Shown one piece after another: positions 40,214 to 52,439 of a DNA stretch of 64,000 nt. Within the stretch, counting starts at the first letter, position 1, and the number at the start of each line of letters is the position of its first letter. The stretch is from Eledone cirrhosa (Eukaryota), in the NCBI GenBank assembly GCA_964016885.1, contig OZ024743.1:61442001-61506000 (forward strand), read 5' to 3'. The position numbers and the translations under genes are program-made. The notes below the pieces were generated by a model. The model was not told where the DNA came from. It ran no database searches and saw only the letters and a program-made list of their open reading frames with translations.

Positions 40214-43200
40214 ATGACCTCACTCAGAATAGGCAGCATAAATGCGCGTGGCTTGGGGTCGTCATGGAAGCAGGGCCACCTGCTCAACGACCTCAGGTCA
40301 CTAAACATAGATGTAGTGGCCATCAGCGAGACCAGAATCTCCGAAGCACAGGCTTTCGCACCGATCTTCGGCGGCTACGATGTGTACGCATCTCCCAGCC
40401 GTCCGGAATCGGGGGGAGGAGTTGCTGTGATTTTTCGGAGAGGTTTGGATCTTGCCATACGGGCCATCTTCCTGGACCCAGAAGGTAAGTCGGTTGTGCT
40501 GGACGTGACCAGCGGAGACGGGCAAGCTTTCAGGTTAGTGGCCGTCTATGCCCCGACAGGAGCAGGGCGGCCTGATTTCTTCCGGCGTCTGGAGACCTTT
40601 CTTGGAACGTCCCGCTCTTTAGTGTTAGTGGGCGACTGGAACGGGATCTTAGATGCACGCTGGGATTGTGTGGGATTAGTGGATAGGGAAGGAGGGTGCA
40701 AGAGTCTCACCAACCTGCTCAGACGTTTTGAACTGTCTGACAGGTACCGAATGGATTTCCCGAATGTACCAATGTGGACTTGGACAAATCGCATAGGGTC
40801 ATCCAGATCATATCTAGATAGAGTATTTTGTAGGGAAATAGATAGGTCTAGCATAGGCTGTCCACAATTCAAGATAGTCAGCTACACGGACCACAAATTC
40901 GTGATCTGTGTGCTTGACTTAGATAGGCTTCATAGGCGAGGACCCGGCTACTGGAAGCTAAACGCGTCCTTACCAGCGCGCAAGGCCTACAGAGACCGGA
41001 TTAGCGAACTAGTTAAGCGGGCGTTGACGGGGGCCATCGTCAACAACAAGTGGTGGTTTGCTCTGAAAAGAGCAATTAGAATAGAGTCCATTAGGTTTAG
41101 TAAGACTTTAGCAATAGAGAAAAATAGAGCAGAGGGAGAATTAGTTAGAAAATTAGATGAGGCGCTTAGCAAAGGCATCGCGACCGACGTACTTGCGGCG
41201 AAATTGGCCCTTGACCAATTCTTCAATGCAAAGCACGAAGGTTGTGTTGTCAGAGCTAGGGTGCGTGCTCTCAGACACGAGGGGACGAAAGCCGTTCAAT
41301 GGGCCCGAGTGGCGGAGGCGCGTCGTGGCAACAAAGCCACGATCCGGTCTTTGGTGGACCACGACGGGCGCATGCTACTCGATCCCGGGCAAATGTGTGA
41401 AGCTTTTCAGCGACACTTCGCTCAGCTGTTCGGGGGCAGCGGTGGGCCGGGTAGAGGGATGGACTTTAGTGTCTACCTCGACGGACTGCCGCGGTTCTCG
41501 GCCACTGAGGCGAAGTGTTGCGAAAAGCCGATAACAGCCGCTGAAGTAAGGGAGGCAATGACTGGCTGCACAAGGGGTAAATCGCCTGGTTTGGATGGTC
41601 TGCCCTATGAACTTTACGTACAGATGCCAGACTTGTTCGGAGGCCTCTTGGCGGACGTCTACTGCAACTGGCAACAGAACGGGAGAATTCCCAGTTCTGT
41701 GAGCCGAGGAGCGGTGGCACTGCTGAGAAAGGATCCGAACAAGGGGGATAACATAGAAAATTTCCGGCCCATAACTCTGCTAAACACAGAGTTTAAGATT
41801 TTGGCCAAGGTGCTAGCAAAGAGGTTGGCGCTTGTCGTTGGTGGTCTGGTGGGAGAGGCGCAGACATGCGCCATTCCCGACAGATCCATCCACGACAACC
41901 CCCACCTTATGCGATACATCGTAGAGAGGGTAGCTAGGGAACCTGGCACGGGTGGGTCCTTGATCAATTTAGATCAGTCGAAAGCTTTCGATAGGGTCGA
42001 CCATCGTTACCTAGCGGCAGTCCTGAGGGCGGCTGGCTTTGGGCCCGTCTTCAGAGGCTGGATCGCTGCCATGCACAGCGACATCTGCTCTGTGGTGAGA
42101 GTGAACGGTCACCTGTCGGAACCGTTCAACATCATGCGCTCGGTCCGCCAAGGATGTCCCCTCTCGTCCCTCTTGTACGTATTGACTCTCGAGCCATTAC
42201 TGCACAAACTGGAGACGTTGAGGGGAGTCCCGCGCGAACTAGGATGCGGAAGATCCGTGTCAGCATATGCGGACGATGTCACCGTAGTGGTGTCGAACGC
42301 CAAACACATCGAGGCGATCGGCACTACACTAAGAGAATACGAAGCGGTGACAGGAGCAATGATCAACCAGGAAAAGTCAGTGGGCCTGCAGCTCGGCACC
42401 TGGAGAGGCAGGTCCATGCCGTCCAACAGCGTCGTCGGACGCTGGACGGACGGACCGGTTAAATTGCTAGGGGTCTGATTCGGTCCGGACCTCCAGACGG
42501 ACAAAAACTGGGACGAGGTGACGAGCAGGGTGGCTTCTCTCACCCAGAAATGGGCGGAGAGGAAGCTATCCCTGAAAGGTCGAGCGGAGGTAGCTAACGC
42601 GTACATCGCGTCTGTCATCTGCTACCGCCTGACCGTCGTACCTTGTCCTAAGCCTCGCCTGACTGCGCTGGAGCGTTTGCTCTTTCGCTTTTTGTGGAAG
42701 GGACGTGCTCCGATGGTCAGGCGGTCCATCTGTTGTCAACACCCGCTACGTGGAGGGCTGGGCATGCCGTGGCTGATGATGCGCAGGCATGCGCTCAGGC
42801 TACGACATCTCTACCTCTTCCTCGACGGTGATCAGGTGTGGTCGCCGTTTGCTAGGCGCGTATTTCCCCAGCTCGTTTCCTTGACGGAGCTGCAGTCCTG
42901 GGTCAAGCGAAGACCGAGAGGGAGCGCCTGGAGACTGGAATGTCTTCAGGCGCTCACAGCCCTCGACCAATCGGGCAATGTGATCGGTGGAAACTCCACC
43001 TCGGCGTTCTATAGAGGATTAGTGGAGGGTAAGAGCGACGACGTACTTGGGGAAACGCTAGGCGTCGACGAAAATCAACTAGCCAATCTCTTCGGAAGAA
43101 CTTTCGGGCCGGGGCCTATGGACAACTTCCAGAAATCTCTGGCCTGGCAGTGCTACCGAGGAGCCTTGCCAGTTCGGGATAAACTCTACAGGCATGGAGG

Positions 43201-43633
43201 TGCCGTCAGCCGGGCATGTCCGAGATGCGCGCAGGGCGACGAAACCGTCCTGCACGCACTCGTCCAGTGTCCGAAAATTGCTGACTTGTGGGTTTATGTC
43301 GAACACCTGCTGTCGCGTTTAGGACGGATCCAGCTATCAGCTGAGTCCATCGTGAGGATTGCCCCGCCCTCCTCCTTTAGCCGGGAAGGGCAGGCAGTTT
43401 TTATCTGTCTGGTGGCCATGGCGAAAGAGATAGTATGGTGGACACGTTTGAAAGGGCTGAAGACGAGCACTTACCTCTTCGGTGATGCTCTGATTGACTT
43501 TTTCAAATTTCATTTGAAAAGGAAAATCAGAGTAGAGAGGGAAGTGCTCTCTTCCCAGCATTTTGTTGAAAGATGGGTGAGAGAAGCAAGAATGGCCCGA
43601 GTGAATGGGCCTACTCTTAGTATATATCTGTAA
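40214..43633 (+). CDS. ORF2: APE endonuclease + reverse transcriptase + zf-RVT, with one in-frame TGA at 42476
   Basis: The 754-aa and 371-aa track ORFs share a frame (LGV*FGPD, where Trp is expected); KSPGLDG, NFRPITLLN, DQSKAFD, QGCPLS, YADD, CPRC..ETVLHALVQC. Confidence 0.9.
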
Positions 43634-43893
43634 ATTAAAGGTGCAAAACTGGGAGAGGGCACTTGCCTTGGTGGTCAGGGTCATTGTGGCTTTTTACTGG
43701 GCTTTCTCCACAAATGTCCCTCCGAAGTCTCCCCCCCTATTGGGGAATTTTTCATTTTTATTTTCATTGTTATTTTTGTTACATCCTCTGTTTTTGTTTT
43801 TTACACGCAGAAATGCCCATTTGTACCGTCCTGCATTGTCCTGCACTGTCCTTAATGTCTACTTTATGTAAACCCTTGTGGTTAATAAAGAAA

Positions 43894-43951
<58 letters not shown>

Positions 43952-43952
<1 letters not shown>

Positions 43953-44140
43953 AAGGCGGTGGATTGGCAGTATTGGTAGAGGGTAGGACGCCATGCTTTG
44001 ACGCAAAGAGTTACGGCGCTTTCCATTCTGAGTTCATATCCCGCCGAGGTTAACTTTGCCTTACATCCTTACGGGGTCGATAAAATAAAGTACCAGTAAC
44101 ACACTGGGTAATTGGTGGCCTTGTGCCAAAAGTAGAAACA
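43952..44140 (+). mobile_element. SINE-M copy
   Basis: aaggcggtggattggcag...gaggttaactttgccttacatccttacggggtcgataaaataaagtaccag. Confidence 0.85.
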
Positions 44141-44164
44141 ATTATTATTATTATTATTATTATG

Positions 44165-44213
<49 letters not shown>

Positions 44214-44216
<3 letters not shown>

Positions 44217-44330
44217 TGAAGGACATGTGTCCGAAACATTAAGTCTCTTATCCTACTATATCAAGCGATAAACTAATATATTTCTTCACTGACTGTGTCG
44301 TTTGCTTTGTTATTTCTGTTTACTTTTGCG
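44214..44330 (+). mobile_element. PLE-like terminal fragment with a hammerhead relic
   Basis: TGATGAA-GGAC(ATGT)GTCC-GAAA-CATTAAG; related copies at 44972-45100 (-) and 26922-27007 (-). Confidence 0.65.
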
Positions 44331-44407
44331 CGACCGCACGCACACACACCCATATATATATATATATATATATTTATATATGTGTGTGTGTGTGTGTGTC
44401 TGTGTGT

Positions 44408-44440
<33 letters not shown>

Positions 44441-44653
44441 GTGAGACATAAGTAACCCGGCATTTCAATATTTCTTTTCCAAATGATAACATTTACTAAT
44501 GTGTGGTCACACATTATGAAAGTAGTTAAAAAATATAACTATGGCTCACCACACAACAAATAAGTGATTGTCCAAAAAGTAATCTGACAATCTTACAATA
44601 AAAATGCCTTGACTGCCTGTTTATTTATGACTCCCCTCTCTCTTCTGTGTGTC

Positions 44654-44734
<81 letters not shown>

Positions 44735-44737
<3 letters not shown>

Positions 44738-44950
44738 AGGCGTGTGGCTGAGTGGTTAGAGAAGTGGATTCGCAATCGTAAGGTTGTGAGTTCGATTCCT
44801 GGACCAGGCGATGCGTTATGTCCTTGAGCAAGACACTTTATTTCACGTTGCACCTTCTACCTGGAGTTGCGACTGATAGATAGTATTAGCAATTGGAAAG
44901 ACCAACGGAAACATTGTTCCCTCGGTCCGATTTGACGAAAGTCGATCGTT
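44735..44950 (+). mobile_element. SINE-C with atypical 3' part
   Basis: Near-identical to 8972-9190. Confidence 0.85.
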
Positions 44951-45060
44951 CCTTTATATATATATATATATATGTAAAATGTAAACAGAAATAACAACAC
45001 AATCGGTACATTATATGGAAGGTATATATTAGGTTAAAGCTTGAAATAGCAGGAAGAGGG

Positions 45061-45096
45061 TCTTAACTTTTCGGACGCTAGTCCTTCATCAGAAGA
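45061..45096 (-). ncRNA. Minimal hammerhead motif
   Basis: Minus strand TCTT-CTGATGA-A-GGAC(TAGC)GTCC-GAAA-AG-TT-AAGA. Confidence 0.65.
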
Positions 45097-45851
45097 AAGA
45101 ATGAGAAATAAAATAGATTGAGGGCGGGATGGAATTGGAAAAAATGTCTTTAGATAAAAAATAACAGGTCCATTCATATTGCAAAACTCAATATTGAGAA
45201 ATTTGAAATATGAAATATATTCGCCTCAATGCAGGTAATTGATATGCCATAATCATACATAATAGTTGACAAAATCAGGTAAAGTAACATTGGAGACGAA
45301 AAAAAGGGGACAGGGACGTCTGAAGATAATCGAATCACGCAACTCCCCAATGTCGGGCGAGAGCCTTGAACATTATTATTACCTGCATTGTGGAGAGTAT
45401 ATTTCAAATCTATATCTTGTTTTTCCAATGATATCCATACATCTGCTCCTCGTCACATACACTAGCATACTTTGGGCTTCCATATCCCCCCCCCCCACAC
45501 ACACATATCTATACATATATAAACACGCTTTCCTCTAATGATGTAATTATTGCTATCTGTACTTTTTTGTTTTTAATTGACATTCCTTCAACTATAATTA
45601 TTATCTAATGTATCTCCTGTAATTTCATTGTAATTATCTCCTGTATAACTGCTTTTGTTGCGCTCCTTACTGAATAATTGTTCCTACATGTAATACTTTC
45701 ATAACATAACGTCGAATGTCATAACAAGTTAGAATTACTCGTATGAATGAACTCAATGTTGAATGAGGAAAACCATTTACTGTGGAATCTGTATGAGAAT
45801 GAAAGTATTTGCTACGATAAAACAATTTATGGGATTAGACCCCAATGTTAC

Positions 45852-46008
45852 ATAAGGCAGCGAAATAGCAGAATAGTTATAGCGTAGGATCAAAAATGCC
45901 TCCCTAGCTGTTCTGGTTCACTACGCTCTATCTTCTAATCCTTCGAGGGTCAACGTTGCCTTTCATCTTTTCGGGGTGGATCAATAAAGTAACAGTTCAG
46001 TACTGGGG
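45852..46008 (+). mobile_element. Degraded SINE-M copy
   Basis: gtcaacgttgcctttcatcttttcggggtggatcaataaagtaacag. Confidence 0.7.
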
Positions 46009-47805
46009 CCTACTTCTTACTCACTCTCTGTCTCTTCTTTTTCTTTGGAAGAAATCGGTTGAGTTCCGACCTGGGGAGGAATGGGCCCCACCAGGTTTAA
46101 AATGCTCGCGAAGTATCACCAGCCATATCCGCTCTATGCATAACAGACACACGACTGTGTGGTTAATGAATTTACTTTGCAATGACGTAATTTCGTGTTC
46201 AGTTCCTGTGTATGTGGCTGCACTTTAGGTAAATATCTTGTACAGTGTGCGTGTGTGTGTGTGTCTGTGTGTGTGTGGGTGTGTCTGTGTCTATGTGCGT
46301 GCGTGTGTATATGTGAATTTGTGTGTGTGTGTGTGTGTGTGTAGAAATCTATAGATGAAAGATCAAACACAGTGCTCAATCTGTTGCAACAAAGCTTATT
46401 TAGTATAAGCAAAGTTTCATACACTTAATACGTACGTGCGACCATTGCTTCCGGCATCCATTTATGGTCACCACTGTATATTGGAGAAGGCACTATTAAA
46501 CTGGTCTTTCATTCGGGCACGTGGGCAGACATGTCGTACATACATGTTAAGCTGTATGAAACTTTGTTTATCACTGATGAAGGACCACTTTATTCATATG
46601 TAACCCATTTGCAACTCCGCAGCACGTTTATTCTCATATTTACACATATTTTTTCTCCCGCTGTGACCCGTCTATTTCGTTCTTACTGCTTCCTCTTTCT
46701 CCGTATCTTTACCCTCTCTAACAGTCACTCTCTCTGTTAGCCTCTTCCTCACCCTTCACTCACTCACTCTCTGTTACTACCTCTCCTCCTCCTCCTCCTT
46801 CTTCCCGTTTTACCTGTGCGTAATTCCTTTCTTTCGCACGCTTGGCCAGGCCGGTTGGCATTTTTTCTCTCTCTCGTCTACGATTTCACAGAACTTATGT
46901 TTACCGAATTCACGGACTAGACCCCTTCTTCCTCCCGTTAGACCTGCGCAAAATTCCTTCCTTGCTCACATTTCAACCAGGTTTGATGGTCTTTATTCTT
47001 TCTCGTTCACGATTTCACCGAACTTATATTCATGGAAATTTGGGACTTGACTCGTTCTTCCTCACTTTTCGTTGCTTCACCATCTTTGCTTGTTTACACT
47101 CTCGCTGTTCCCTTTATTTACATGTCCCAACGACTTTCTTTAGCCGTTGCTCGCACCAACCGGAGGTATATGGTCTTTAAAGCGAAGAAATACCGATGAT
47201 GGTTGGAAGATCACTGATGAAGGACCACTTTATTCATATATATATATATGTGTGTGTGTGTGTGTAGAATCGCTGGAAATCACAGTAAATTAGGTACTCA
47301 ATACACATGTAGAGGGAGGACAGCGAAGATTTAATATAGAAAAGGCTTCTACAAGAGTAGAACTGTTTCATTCAGATGTGATGATTTTATACGAATAAAA
47401 TAGTTCTAGTCCTGTAGAAACCTTTTTCTTTATGGAATCTTCGTTATATATGTAACATCTGAGTTTTTTCAAATATTAATAATATTCGATTTGTTTGCAA
47501 TCAATTATGCAAACAGCCTCTTTTAAGCGATGTCAGTAGAATGAGCCCCCCCCCCCCCCCACCACCACCACATTCTTGCTCTTGTGTTGGCATGTAAACA
47601 GAACTGCAGACTTTCATTTTTCTGGGTGATTACCCTTCATTAGTGCAGTTTACTGTTCCTCTGCCAACTGTCAGAATAAGTGAATTTATATATGATATTT
47701 TCTAAAATATACAATGACTGATCGGCCTGATTTGCATATTAGAAAACGAATTACATTTATTGTATTCAGCCATGTAGAGCGATAACTATTTTGTTATATA
47801 TATAT

Positions 47806-47983
47806 AAGGGCGGTGGATTGGCAGTATCGGTAGAGGTTCGGACGCCATGCTTTGTAGCATAGAATTACGGCTCTTTATGATCTGAGTTCAAATAAAATAA
47901 AGTACCAGTCACGCACTGGGGTCGATTTAATCGACTTTCCCCTCCCCCAAAATTGCAGGCCTTGCGCCTATATAAGAAACCAT
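47806..47983 (+). mobile_element. SINE-M copy, internally deleted
   Basis: gggcggtggattggcagtatcggtagag...aaagtaccagtcacgcactggggtcgatttaatcgac. Confidence 0.8.
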
Positions 47984-47996
47984 TATATATATATAT

Positions 47997-48080
<84 letters not shown>

Positions 48081-48788
48081 CAAGAAAGTGTTGGTAAAAT
48101 CCAGTACTACAGTATGCGGATAGGGTGCACTCAACGAAGATATAAGTTCCGGAGTTATAATAGTGACGAAACAAGTCAATTACATGAACTCATAATCCTT
48201 TATTTACTGCTATATATATTTTGATGATAGCCATTGAATGGCTATGACCTCATCAGGCAGTTAGTCAGTTCTTAGATATGCCAGCTCTGTGTTTATGTTG
48301 TTGATGGTATCAGAACCTTGGGACATATGACCTTGTTAGGGATAATTTAATGTTGTCAGCAGGAATAATCTTAATTCTCATTGGTCAGTTTGTAGATGAT
48401 AGTAGGCTTGGTATTTGATCTCAAAGAGGCAGGCTGTGTTGTAAAGTTCAAACTGTCAGGCAAGATGACAATAGTTCCATATGACTGATTTTCACAAAAA
48501 GCATTCCTGGTCAGATATATATTCAATTGAGGTTTATAGTATGAAATTCGATACTACAGGTCATTCTTACATTGAGGAATTTATGTGGAACTACTGACAA
48601 TTATGGTTAGAGTCGAATACTAGAAAGTTTACATAGAAAAAGACTTAAGTTGGTTGACTTGCACATAGACTCACACCCACCCCCACAGACACACACACAC
48701 ATCCACACATACAAATTGAGGAATTTATGTGGGGTGGTAATGCTGAAAATTATGGTTAGAGTCAAATACTTAGAAAGTTTATTGAGAA

Positions 48789-50987
48789 TTGAGAAAAAGC
48801 TACAGAAAAACGCCCGCGGCTACTCTGGAGGATATCAACATCAAGACTTATGAGATCGTATCTGGTCTTGGCATAGATGATAGGACGGCCACATACCAAC
48901 CTTGGGAGCCGAGGATTACCATTAAGGACCACAAACTAAACTTTGAGTCTAACCTGCTGGTCAGACTGATAGCCCTCTCCATGTCAGACATGGGGGTTAT
49001 TAGCAAAAGCATTTTAGATAGGATCCTGCCCACACTTAAAAGTAAAATAAGGTTACAACTCTGGTTCTGCACCAGCCAGGTGTTTGACTGGTTTAAATTT
49101 TTACCTGACAAACATAGGACTAGCTTCATACAACTAGACATCAACAATTACTACTCCTCTATCTCGCCCATATTCCTGAACAAGGCACTCATATTCGCGA
49201 TGAATAGGATAGACCTTACGCGCGACGAGGTCCGAATCATACACGCCGCCAGAAAGACCCTGATCCGATTCGGTGGGGACATATGGACCAGGAGTGACTG
49301 GACAAATAATGTTAACATTACAATGGGCTCCAGTGACTCCGCACAGCTAACGAACATGGTTGGGATATACATACTCTTCGAGATCCGGAGCGAAATACTC
49401 ATCCTGGGTGGCGGACTGTACCGAGACGATGCACTCTTCACCGTCGTGGACCACAGCACCTCAATGGTCGAAAATATGAAGAGGAGAAATAGACACTTCT
49501 TTAGCAAGGTAGGACTTAAAGTATAGATGGAACCCAATAGAAAAGTAGTGAATTTCCTGGACACCACCCTCAACCTCAACCTCAAGCTACACCACCCATA
49601 TCATAAACCCAATGAGAAGCTGGTGTATATCAACGCTGGGTCCAATCACCCTAGATCTATAGTTAAGGCAGCAGTTAAGAGTGTCTCTGACAGGATCTTG
49701 TCTGCCAATAAAGAGATATTCAATAGTAATGCTGATTACTATAACTCAGTGCTAGGTAAGGTGTCCCACAGCCATAGGATCAGCTATAACCTTAAGGGAC
49801 ATAATCGAGATGACCCAAGGGTGCCCTGGGCCAATACCCTCAGCGGCATTAGTCGCCCACCTAATACCTCGCTAACCAGTAGTAACACACCCAGATCCCT
49901 ATCCGTAACCACCCCCCGGCAGAAGGTCCCGCATACCCCACCGGTCTAATACCTACAACGCTGAAGACCACTGCGGTGCGGAGCATAGGCACTCCTGCAC
50001 CGGCCCAACCCTCAATGATCAGGGAGGCCGCACCGCGCAGGTTTATAGCCCCACGGTGGGCCCATATAACCCTCATGATAGTGACCGCTCCTCACACTTG
50101 AGTGACACCAATCGAGCTCGACCTGAGCTGTGCACAACCCCGCGATGGACCACGGCGGACACCCAACCACACCGCAACAATAGGACTAGGAAGGTCACAT
50201 GGTATAACCCCCCGTACTCGGTGGGTCTACGTACCAACCTGGCTAGAACATTCCTTTAGAGTACTGGATAAATGTTTGCCTAGAGCCCACAAGTACCATA
50301 AAATATTCAACAGGCACACTGTGAAGCTTTCCTAATCAACCACACGCTCCGTAGCCCAGCACATAGCCGGCATAAATAGGAATAGGCTAACTGCCTCTAA
50401 TATCACCGTAAATGCCGGAGCCACCCAACGGAACCAGCACGCGGGACGCACTAGACCCCGAACAGGTCCAACTAGCACAGCGGAACCCAACGACCCTGTG
50501 CTGATTGCGGCGGCTACCCAGCCAACCCCGAGTGATGGTACATGTGCAGGGGCTTAAGAAGTCATGCAATTGCAGAGACCCATCACTATGCCCCCTTAGT
50601 AATGAATTCATGACGAAAAACGTAGTCTACAGGTGCAAGGTCACAACCCCTAACCCGGAGCACCACTACATAGGATCCACGGCGACGAGCTTCAAAGATA
50701 GGTGGTATACCCATCGCCATGCTTTTAACAGAATAGAAAAGAGGAAATGTACGGCCCTTTCTGAATTGATCTGGAAGCTCAAATTTGAAAAGAGCCCGCA
50801 CTCTCTGGTCTGGTCCGTGGTTAGAAAGCTTCCCCCAGACAAAGGTGGGTCTGGTATTTGCAACCTCTGTCTTAGTGAGACACTCGAGATACTTCATGGT
50901 GGAACCAAGCTATTAAACAGAAGGGCCGACTTATTCGACGCCTGCAGACACCTAAGGACGGGAACTTTCCTCAAGCTATATGGATAA
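48789..50987 (+). pseudogene. PLE RT + GIY-YIG endonuclease, disrupted
   Basis: TIKDHK..RLI, FIQLDINNYYSSI, TMGSSDSA, GLYRDD, VNFLD, WYNPPYS, KIFNRHTVKLS, CNCR..CP..VVY..YIGST..FKDRW..H, CNLCLSE. Confidence 0.88.
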
Positions 50988-52294
50988 ACCCCGGTTATGG
51001 CCTCCCACAACTCCTCCTCCCCCCATGTAGGTCCCCTACACCCCGTACCAATGACCAATGGGCAACAACACCCACCCATAGTTTGTAGTTCCTACGGTGG
51101 ATTGTCCACCGGATCCTCTACTGGTTAGGAGTCAGCAAAACCACGTTTATTGAAGCTGAGGACCCCCCGGGAGTGGCCCACACAGGGAGAACAATTATCC
51201 TAAGGTACTAACCCTATACGCATGAATGAGTGCCCGCAACCGTGCGTTGTGTGTGTATACTGGGATTACACTCATGTGAACGCAACGAAATACTAATACC
51301 CCAGGTTGCATTTGAAAAATGTTCGAGCATATGCTTAAGAGTATATTTGTATATGCTCTCTTGTATGAGTGCACATGTGTATATAGACATACACACGCAT
51401 CCATAGGTATAAAAGTGTGGGTGGGTGCGTGTACCTATATATGTCTATACTAAGGGATTCACCTAATCTCCAAAGCCCCGAAGCTATTGCTGTGAAGATA
51501 TATATCACACTCTACTTTTGTCTAGTCTAAACAATAACTTTTCCAAACACCCACTTTACGTTTCTTTAAAAATAACACCCACCTCGTTTTATGTCTGCCT
51601 TATACTTGGATTTGGGGGCCTCTGGTGTATATATATATATATGCACTTATGCGTACATACATATATATACACACCTGTATGGATTTGTGTGTATAGATGT
51701 GTGTGTGTGTGTATGTGGGGGGGGGGGGGGTAGGTGTGAGTGTATGTACAAGTCAACAAACATAAGTCTTTTTATTTGTAAACTTTCTAAGTATTTGACT
51801 CTAACCATAATTTTCAGTATTACCACCCCACATAAATTCCTCAATTTGTATGTGTGGATGTGTGTGTGTGTCTGTGGGGGTGGGTGTGAATGTATGTGCA
51901 AGTCAACCAACTTAAGTCTTTTATATGTAAACTTTCTAGTATTCGATTCTAACCATAATTTTCAGTAGTACCACCCCACATAAATTCCTCAATTTAAGAA
52001 TGACCTGTAGTATCGAATTTCATACTATAAACCTCAATTGAATATATATCTGACCAGGAATGCTTTTTGTAAAGATCAGTCATATGGAACTATTGTCATC
52101 TTGCCTGACGGTTTGAACTTTACAACACCACCTGCCTCTTTGAGGTCAAATACCAAGCCTAATAGCATCTACAAACTGACCAATGAGAATTAAGATTATT
52201 CCTGCTGACAACATTAAATTATCCATAACAAGCTCATATGTCCCAAGGCTCTGATACCATCAACACCATAGCTGGCATATCTAAGAACTGACTA

Positions 52295-52350
52295 ACTGCC
52301 TGATGAGGTCATAGCCATTCAATGGCTATCATCGAAATATATATAGCAGT
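52295..52350 (+). ncRNA. Type I hammerhead ribozyme in the PLE pseudo-LTR
   Basis: ACTGC-CTGATGA-GGTCATAGCCAT(TCA)ATGGCTATCATC-GAAA-TATATA-TA-GCAGT; the inverted copy at 48206-48261 has GAAA>AAAA. Confidence 0.85.
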
Positions 52351-52393
52351 AAATAAAGGATTATGAGTTCATGCAATTGACTTATGTTTCGTC

Positions 52394-52439
<46 letters not shown>

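Larger units (their letters stand above)
38004..43895 (+). mobile_element. Tx1/L1-clade LINE, copy 2 (near intact, about 5.9 kb)
   Basis: Same 5' end GG(C/T)GACCTACGTAGTAAATCG as copy 1; ORF1, ORF2, 3' UTR with AATAAA and (ATT)n tail. Confidence 0.95.
48160..52397 (+). mobile_element. Penelope-like element (Naiad-like), 5'-truncated, with about 620-bp inverted pseudo-LTRs
   Basis: 48160-48780 is the reverse complement of 51780-52397; the interior encodes PLE RT and a C-terminal GIY-YIG domain. Confidence 0.88.

Noticed and set aside
42476-42478. In-frame TGA in ORF2 as programmed Trp/Sec recoding
   Set aside because: It sits at an expected Trp codon. Copy 1 has a different TGG>TGA change (36834) where copy 2 has TGG, so these look like independent nonsense mutations
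35762-43684. Antisense ORFs over the LINE ORF2 sequences
   Set aside because: Shadows of GC-rich coding sequence with no recognisable motifs
51050-51095. Possible SECIS after the Naiad-like ORF (ATGA...AA)
   Set aside because: No matching GA on the 3' side and weak pairing; the conserved Cys codons are not TGA
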